From Macrostomum hystrix (lineage: Eukaryota > Animalia > Platyhelminthes), in the NCBI GenBank assembly GCA_950097015.1, contig CATNEN010000031.1:1922001-1986000 (forward strand): a stretch of 64,000 nucleotides of DNA, written 5' to 3'. Below the pieces are notes generated by a model. It was not told where the DNA came from and ran no database searches. It was given only the letters and a program-made list of their open reading frames with translations. A program made the position numbers and the translations under genes. The stretch's first letter is position 1; each line of letters begins with the position of its first letter. Of this stretch, positions 56,297 to 64,000 are shown in pieces.

Positions 56297-59059
56297 ATTC
56301 TAGCTACAGTCCCAGTCTGTAGATCTCATTCTAGCTACAGTCCCAGTCTGTAGATCTCATTCTAGCTACAGTCCCAGTCTGTAGATCTCATTCTAGCTAC
56401 AGTCCCAGTCTGTAGATCTCATTCTAGCTACAGTCCCAGTCTGTAGATCTCATTCTAGCTACAGTCCCAGTCTGTAGATCTCATTCTAGCTACAGTCCCA
56501 GTCTGTAGATCTCATTCTAGCTACAGTCCCAGTCTGTAGATCTCATTCTAGCTACAGTCCCAGTCTGTAGATCTCATTCTAGCTACAGTCCCAGTCTGTA
56601 GATCTCATTCTAGCTACAGTCCCAGTCTGTAGATCTCATTCTAGCTACAGTCCCAGTCTGTAGATCTCATTCTAGCTACAGTCCCAGTCTGTAGATCTCA
56701 TTCTAGCTACAGTCCCAGTCTGTAGATCTCATTCTAGCTATAGTCCCAGTCTGTAGATCTCATTCTAGCTACAGTCCCAGTCTGTAGATCTCATTCTAGC
56801 TACAGTCCCAGTCTGTAGATCCCATTCTAGCTACAGTCCCAGACTGTAGATCCCATTCTAGCTACAGTCCCAGTCTGTAGATCCCATTCTAGCTACAGTC
56901 CCAGTCTGTAGATCCCATTCTAGCTACAGTCCCAGACTGTAGATCCCATTCTAGCTACAATATTAGACTGTAGATCCCATTCTAGCTACAGTCCCAGTCT
57001 GTAGATCCCATTCTAGCTACAGTCCCAGTCTGTAGATCCCATTCTAGCTACGGTCCCAGACTGTAGATCCCACTCTAGCTACAGTCCCAGACTGTAGATC
57101 TCATTCTAGCTACAGTCCCAGTCTGTAGATCCCATTCTAGCTACAGTCCCAGTCTGTAGATCCCATTCTAGCTACAGTCCCAGACTGTAGATCCCATTCT
57201 AGCTACAGTCCCAGTCTGTAGATCCCATTCTAGCTACGGTCCCAGACTGTAGATCCCACTCTAGCTACAGTCCCAGACTGTAGATCCCATTCTAGCTACA
57301 GTCCCAGTCTGTAGATCCCATTCTAGCTACAATATTAGACTGTAGATCCCATTCTAGCTACAGTCCCAGACTGTAGATCCCACTCTAGCTACAGTCCCAG
57401 ACTGTAGATCCCATTCTAGCTACAGTCCCAGTCTGTAGATCCCATTCTAGCTACAGTCCCAGACTGTAGATCCCATTCTAGCTACAGTCCCAGTCTGTAG
57501 ATCCCATTCTAGCTACGGTCCCAGACTGTAGATCCCATTCTAGCTACAGTCCCAGACTGTAGATCCCATTCTAGCTACAGTCCCAGTCTGTAGATCCCAT
57601 TCTAGCTACAGTCCCAGTCTGTAGATCTCATTCTAGCTACAGTCCCAGTCTGTAGATCTCATTCTAGCTACAGTCCCAGTCTGTAGATCTCATTCTAGCT
57701 ACAGTCCCAGTCTGTAGATCCCATTCTAGCTACAGTCCCAGTCTGTAGATCTCATTCTAGCTACAGTCCCAGACTGTAGATCCCACTCTAGCTACAGTCC
57801 CAGACTGTAGATCCCATTCTAGCTACAATATTAGACTGTAGATCCCATTCTAGCTACAGTCCCAGACTGTAGATCCCATTCTAGCTACAGTCCCAGTCTG
57901 TAGATCCCATTCTAGCTACAGTCCCAGTCTGTAGATCCCATTCTAGCTACAGTCCCAGTCTGTAGATCTCATTCTAGCTACAGTCCCAGTCTGTAGATCT
58001 CATTCTAGCTACAGTCCCAGTCTGTAGATCTCATTCTAGCTACAGTCCCAGTCTGTAGATCTCATTCTAGCTACAGTCCCAGACTGTAGATCCCATTCTA
58101 GCTACAATATTAGACTGTAGATCCCATTCTAGCTACAGTCCCAGTCTGTAGATCTCATTCTAGCTACAGTCCCAGTCTGTAGATCTCATTCTAGCTACAG
58201 TCCCAGACTGTAGATCCCACTCTAGCTACAGTCCCAGACTGTAGATCCCATTCTAGCTACAGTCCCAGACTGTAGATCCCACTCTAGCTACAGTCCCAGT
58301 CTGTAGATCCCATTCTAGCTACAGTCCCAGACTGTAGATCCCACTCTAGCTACAGTCCCAGACTGTAGATCCCATTCTAGCTACAATATTAGACTGTAGA
58401 TCCCATTCTAGCTACAGTCCCAGACTGTAGATCCCATTCTAGCTACAGTCCCAGTCTGTAGATCCCATTCTAGCTACAATATTAGACTGTAGATCCCATT
58501 CTAGCTACAGTCCCAGACTGTAGATCCCACTCTAGCTACAGTCCCAGTCTGTAGATCCCATTCTAGCTACAGTCCCAGACTGTAGATCCCATTCTAGCTA
58601 CAGTCCCAGACTGTAGATCCCATTCTAGCTACAATATTAGACTGTAGATCCCATTCTAGCTACAATATTAGACTGTAGATCCCATTCTAGCTACAGTCCC
58701 AGTCTGTAGATCCCATTCTAGCTACAGTCCCAGACTGTAGATCCCATTCTAGCTACAGTCCCAGTCTGTAGATCCCATTCTAGCTACGGTCCCAGACTGT
58801 AGATCCCACTCTAGCTACAGTCCCAGACTGTAGATCCCATTCTAGCTACAATATTAGACTGTAGATCCCATTCTAGCTACAGTCCCAGTCTGTAGATCCC
58901 ATTCTAGCTACAGTCCCAGACTGTAGATCCCATTCTAGCTACAATATTAGACTGTAGATCCCATTCTAGCTACAGTCCCAGTCTGTAGATCCCATTCTAG
59001 CTAGAGTCCCAGTCTGTAGATCTCATTCTAGCTACAATCCCAGTCTGTAGATCCCACTC
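56292..59059. repeat. Minisatellite, 31-bp unit TAGATCCCATTCTAGCTACAGTCCCAGTCTG, ~89 copies
   Basis: Period 31 measured (56341 to 56372). Confidence 0.98.
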
Positions 59060-59902
59060 AATCATTTTATTCTGAGCAAGCGCAACCCCTCGTGAGCGAT
59101 TCCGTATGCGCGTTGGTCAAGTTTTCTCAGGCCTCGTCAGTGTCGACTGCTCAAGAGCGGGTTTGCGTAAGACTGAACTAACATTTCCTAGAATGCAAGT
59201 TGAACCGAGCGAAGAGCTCCAAAGTAGAAAGCAGAAGACTGAAAGCAAGTCGGGCGCGGTCATTGTGTAGCAACTTGTCAGCGGTCAGCGGTGCTACGAT
59301 AGTCTAGTTTACCCACTCGAGGACAAGCGCAGGTGTTCAGCGATCCTCTGAGAGCCAGAAAAAGAAGCGACACCGAAATATCCCCCATACGACTTCCCCC
59401 CCACCGCATGACTAAGGTCGATCACTCTCCTGCCCTATCACACTGAGCTAATTTGAGCGATCGCTCATGTGCCTAAATTTGTAGTCGTAAAACTGCTCAA
59501 AACGTGAAAAATGTTTAATATTTTGCAGTCTACAAAAGCAACAATGAGACCATTTTCTACCTTTTTAGCGGTAGGGAAGAACTCTAGGAGGATAAGAAAT
59601 GTTCTGAAGAGACACTCGCCTCAAGACAATGAGCACAAAGATGGGAGAATAAAATGTGATGGGGATGGCGGGCGCAGTTTTTCTGACACTTTAGACTAAA
59701 AAAGAGCAAGCCTGAGAATGACAGCTCAGAAAAAAAGAAATTAGTGAACTGACAGCTTGAATACAGTATTGTCAAGATGTTTTATAAATGATTAAAAGTG
59801 TATTTAACATAAGACCATAGATATAACGAGGTGGTAATGCAGGCTTAATCGCACAACCCGAAATCGCAGTAAATTTCTAAGAAAATAGGTTGGCCAACTT
59901 AC

Positions 59903-60132
59903 CTGCAGAATTTGGCATGCACCTCTCTCAGCTTGGCGCTCCATTTGCCGCCATTGTCCGGGATAACGTGCCTGTCCTTAGTGGCCAGGTACTCGGCTAT
60001 GAATGCATTGTCTGATGCGTCCACCTGACGGCCTTCCGACCCCACCATGGTCTTGTTGCCGTCAATGTACACTGGTACCAGGTTTACACCTGTGATCGCT
60101 ACGTTGACTGTGATGCCTGGGTTGGCGCCCTC
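59903..60132 (-). CDS. Most upstream identified exon of the Cys-rich/Ig-like gene: EGANPGITVNVAITGVNLVPVYIDG...KLREVHAKFC(R)
   Basis: Acceptor CCTTTCCTCAG|60132 (phase 0), donor AG|GTAAGT at 59902 (phase 2); within track ORF 59899-60324. Confidence 0.85.
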
Positions 60133-60159
60133 CTGAGGAAAGGATTTAGAAACTTCTGA

Positions 60160-60366
60160 GGCAAACTGGAATCTTCCGAGACAAACTGGAATCTTCCAAG
60201 ACAAACTGGAATCTTCTGAGACAAACTGGAATCTTCCGAGACAAACTGGAATCTTCCGAGACAAACTGGAATCTTCCGAGACAAACTGGAATCTTCTGAG
60301 ACAAACTGGAATCGTCTGAGACAAACTGGAATCGTCTGAGACAATCTGGAATCGTCTGAGACAAAC
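60160..60366. repeat. Minisatellite, 20-bp unit GAGACAAACTGGAATCTTCC, ~10 copies, ending ~25 nt from the 60133 acceptor
   Basis: Tandem periodicity. Confidence 0.96.
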
Positions 60367-60821
60367 TGATCTGATCTAAATAAAAATCTTTCAAACTAAA
60401 CTGCAACCTAAAACGTAGAGTTAACAAAACAATGGATCAAGCGTAGCTGCCTAAACAGAAGGATCTGAGCCTAAGGAAATCAGGTTTTGTGCCAGCCGTC
60501 CTGTTTTTGGGCAGTTAAGCACGCTTAAGCTAACTTTCACTGCTTGCGCCTTTATGTTGATACAACAAATGCCACGTCCGCGGCCGTCTGTCTGGCTGTC
60601 TGTTTGCCGAACGTGGCGAAATGCACTGCCGCCATCGCTTTGGCAGCCCCCGTGGGAGCTGCGACATCTGGACGATGGTGTAGGGGAAGGGACTTGGCGG
60701 CGACAGTGCGACAGAATTTCTGTCTCCTGTGCCCTTTCTCTGTCACGAATGGAAACACGGAGCTAATTTAATTGTCAGACCGATTGCCATTGCGCACTAG
60801 GATAATTCTAGTTCGTAGTTA

Positions 60822-62395
60822 CCACTCATCCACTTCCAGTCTATACATCTCACTCATCCACTTCCAGTCTGTAGATCCCACTCATCCACTTCCAGTCTAT
60901 AGATCCCACTCATCCACTTCGAGTCTATAGATCCCACTCATCCACTTCCAGTCTGTAGATCCCACTCATCCACTTCCAGTCTATAGATCCCACTCATCCA
61001 CTTCGAGTCTATACATCCCACTCATCCACTTCCAGTCTGTAGATCCCACTCATCCACTTCCAGTCTATACATCCCACTCATCCACTTCCAGTCTGTAGAT
61101 CCCACTCATCCACTTCCAGTCTATAGATCCCACTCATCCACTTCCAGTCTATACATCCCACTCATCCACTTTGGGTCTGTAGATCCCACTCATCCACTTC
61201 CAGTCTATAGATCCCACTCATCCACTTCCAGTCTATACATCCCACTCATCCACTTTGGGTCTGTAGATCCCACTCATCCACTTCCAGTCTATAGATCCCA
61301 CTCATCCACTTCCAGTCTATAGATCCCACTCATCCACTTCCAGTCTGCAGATCCCACTCATCCACTTCCAGTCTATAGATCCCACTCATCCACTTTCAGT
61401 CTGTAGATCCCACTCATCCACTTCCAGTCTGCAGATCCCACTCATCCACTTCCAGTCTATAGATCCCACTCATCCACTTCGAGTCTATACATCCCACTCA
61501 TCCACTTCCAGTCTGTAGATCCCACTCATCCACTTCCAGTCTATACATCCCACTCATCCACTTCCAGTCTATACATCCCACTCATCCACTTCCAGTCTGT
61601 AGATCCCACTCATCCACTTCCAGTCTATAGATCCCACTCATCCACTTCGAGTCTATACATCCCACTCATCCACTTCCAGTCTGTAGATCCCACTCATCCA
61701 CTTCCAGTCTATACATCCCACTCATCCACTTCCAGTCTGTAGATCCCACTCATCCACTTCCAGTCTATAGATCCCACTCATCCACTTCGAGTCTATACAT
61801 CCCACTCATCCACTTCCAGTCTATAGATCCCACTCATCCACTTCGAGTCTATACATCCCACTCATCCACTTCCAGTCTGTAGATCCCACTCATCCACTTC
61901 CAGTCTATAGATCCCACTCATCCACTTCGAGTCTATACATCCCACTCATCCACTTCCAGTCTGTAGATCCCACTCATCCACTTTGGGTCTGTAGATCCCA
62001 CTCATCCACTTCCAGTCTATAGATCCCACTCATCCACTTCGGGTCTGTAGATCCCACTCATCCACTTTCAGTCTGTAGATCCCACTCATCCACTTCCAGT
62101 CTGCAGATCCCACTCATCCACTTCCAGTCTGCAGATCCCACTCATCCACTTCCAGTCTATAGATCCCACTCATCCACTTTCAGTCTGTAGATCCCACTCA
62201 TCCACTTCCAGTCTGCAGATCCCACTCATCCACTTCCAGTCTATAGATCCCACTTATCCATTTCCAGTCTGTAGATCCCACTCATCCACTTCGAGTCTGC
62301 AGATCCCACTCATCCACTTCCAGTCTATAGATCCCACTCATCCACTTCCAGTCTATAGATCTCACTCATACACTTCCAGTCTGTAGATCCCATTC
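60822..62395. repeat. Minisatellite, 28-bp unit TAGATCCCACTCATCCACTTCCAGTCTG, ~56 copies
   Basis: Period 28 measured (60851 to 60879). Confidence 0.98.
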
Positions 62396-63128
62396 ATATT
62401 CTTTGAGTCTGTAATTCATTTCTTCCTACTTCCACCGCATCGCATCTTCGCATCTTCCGCATCTTCAATATGAGGGTGAGTTCTTACTTTTAGTGAGGCC
62501 TTAAGAGCAGAAATTTCGGATGCGGTTTGGGGAAGTGGGAAATCAACTGCAGTGATTTGCAGTCTGCCTCACTCACCATTTTCTGTGTCTAGGGACCTGA
62601 CTGAGAATTGCCTTCTTCATCACTCCCTCGCTCTATCACAGACTACTCTCGCCGCCAGCCTCAAAATTTTGAGTCCTTTTCCCATCAAGCTTAGAAACTT
62701 ATTTCTCTTAGTGAGGACTTGACCATGTCTCTGCGTATTTCCCATCGGATTAAATAGGAGGGGGGTGGGCGTCACGGCACGGACGAACTCGGCTTAATCT
62801 GCACGCCCTGCTTGACCTTTTGAGCGAGGCCTCTGTCTTGCTTTTATATCTTTTTTTCTATCTCTAAACCATTTTTCTAGTCGAAGAACTTTTTGTGGAG
62901 TCTTCTTATGGGACTCGGGGGTGAGTGAGGATTTTTAAGAGGCAATCGAATTGATAATACTGCTCGACGTGGGAAATTGTGTCAGCTTTAGTGGGGGTGG
63001 TGGAGTCCAGATTCTCTGTCACTGTGTCGAGAAGTGGCAGCATCGCTCTAGAATCCCAATTTGCTGCTTGTCAAGGTGAACTCATTAACTCATCACTTTA
63101 CATTTATTAGCTCAAATTCTGAGCTTGG

Positions 63129-64000
63129 GAACAGTGGTTTCCCTACCTGAATGATCGTGAGAGAACAGTGGTTTCCCTACCTGAATGATTGTGAGAGAAC
63201 AGTGGTTTCCCTACCTGAATGATTGTGAGAGAACAGTGGTTTCCCTACCTGAATGATCGTGATAGAACAGTGGTTTCCCTACCTGAATGATTGTGAGAGA
63301 ACAGTGGTTTCCCTACCTGAATGATTGTGAGAGAACAGTGGTTTCCCTACCTGAATGATCGTGAAAGAACAGTGGTTTCCCTACCTGAATGATCGTGAGA
63401 GAACAGTGGTTTCCCTACCTGAATGATTGTGATAGAACAGTGGTTTCCCTACCTGAATGATTGTGAGAGAACAGTGGTTTCCCTACCTGAATGATCGTGA
63501 GAGAACACTGGTTTCCCTACCTGAATGATCGTGAAAGAACAGTGGTTTCCCTACCTGAATGATCGTGAGAGAACAGTGGTTTCCCTACCTGAATGATTGT
63601 GATAGAACAGTGGTTTCCCTACCTGAATGATTGTGAGAGAACAGTGGTTTCCCTACCTGAATGATCGTGAGAGAACAGTGGTTTCCCTACCTGAATGATC
63701 GTGATAGAACAGTGGTTTCCCTACCTGAATGATTGTGAGAGAACAGTGGTTTCCCTACCTGAATGATTGTGATAGAACAGTGGTTTCCCTACCTGAATGA
63801 TTGTGAGAGAACAGTGGTTTCCCTACCTGAATGATCGTGAGAGAACACTGGTTTCCCTACCTGAATGATCGTGAGAGAACACTGGTTTCCCTACCTGAAT
63901 GATCGTGAGAGAACACTGGTTTCCCTACCTGAATGATCGTGAGAGAACAGTGGCTTCCCTACCTGAATGATCGTGAGAGAACAGTGGCTTCCCTACCTGA
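63129..64000. repeat. Minisatellite, 34-bp unit GAGAACAGTGGTTTCCCTACCTGAATGATCGTGA, >25 copies, runs off the window end
   Basis: Period 34 measured (63130 to 63164). Confidence 0.98.

Noticed and set aside
55756-56298. Track ORF with SSPTLAPQAANPG repeats as the coding frame
   Set aside because: Phase matching with the 59902 donor and the 37874 acceptor selects the QPIPDHYVLQLERK frame instead.

Overview
Eukaryotic (metazoan) genomic DNA with GT-AG introns, GC-rich exons carrying poly-Ala/Gly/Gln tracts, a 36-nt micro-intron and introns full of minisatellites. This style suggests a free-living flatworm such as Macrostomum lignano, which is my inference and not something shown by the sequence. 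Genes: (i) the 3' end of an unidentified + strand gene (1-1057); (ii) mitochondrial ribosomal protein MRPS18B on the - strand (2735-4106, start codon not found); (iii) the last two exons of an unidentified - strand gene (8656-9177); (iv) a - strand five-transmembrane protein with a poly-Q tail (14154-19030, probably more exons upstream); (v) a long - strand gene for a Cys-rich, Ig-like extracellular protein with six phase-consistent exons between 60132 and 33996, whose 3' end is unresolved. About 24-25 kb (~38%, rough sum by eye) is tandem repeat with 16-64 bp units. The most striking structure is a 15.7-kb intronic train of head-to-tail non-autonomous Helitrons (37955-53680), joined at CTAG|TC junctions and inserted at the A|T centre of a 14-bp palindrome. 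Its members share or swap 5' and 3' termini, carry a tRNA-like A/B-box cassette and carry two independently expanding satellites (23 bp and 18 bp). The second notable structure is a 39-bp minisatellite made of the real 3' splice site plus the exon start, giving eight in-frame alternative acceptors (55977-56296). Also present: a decayed PHD-FLYWCH-MULE transposon, tRNA-derived SINEs and hAT-like MITEs seeding a minisatellite. No CRISPR array, rRNA or intact tRNA gene is supported. All translations and splice phases were worked out by hand and no database searches were run.
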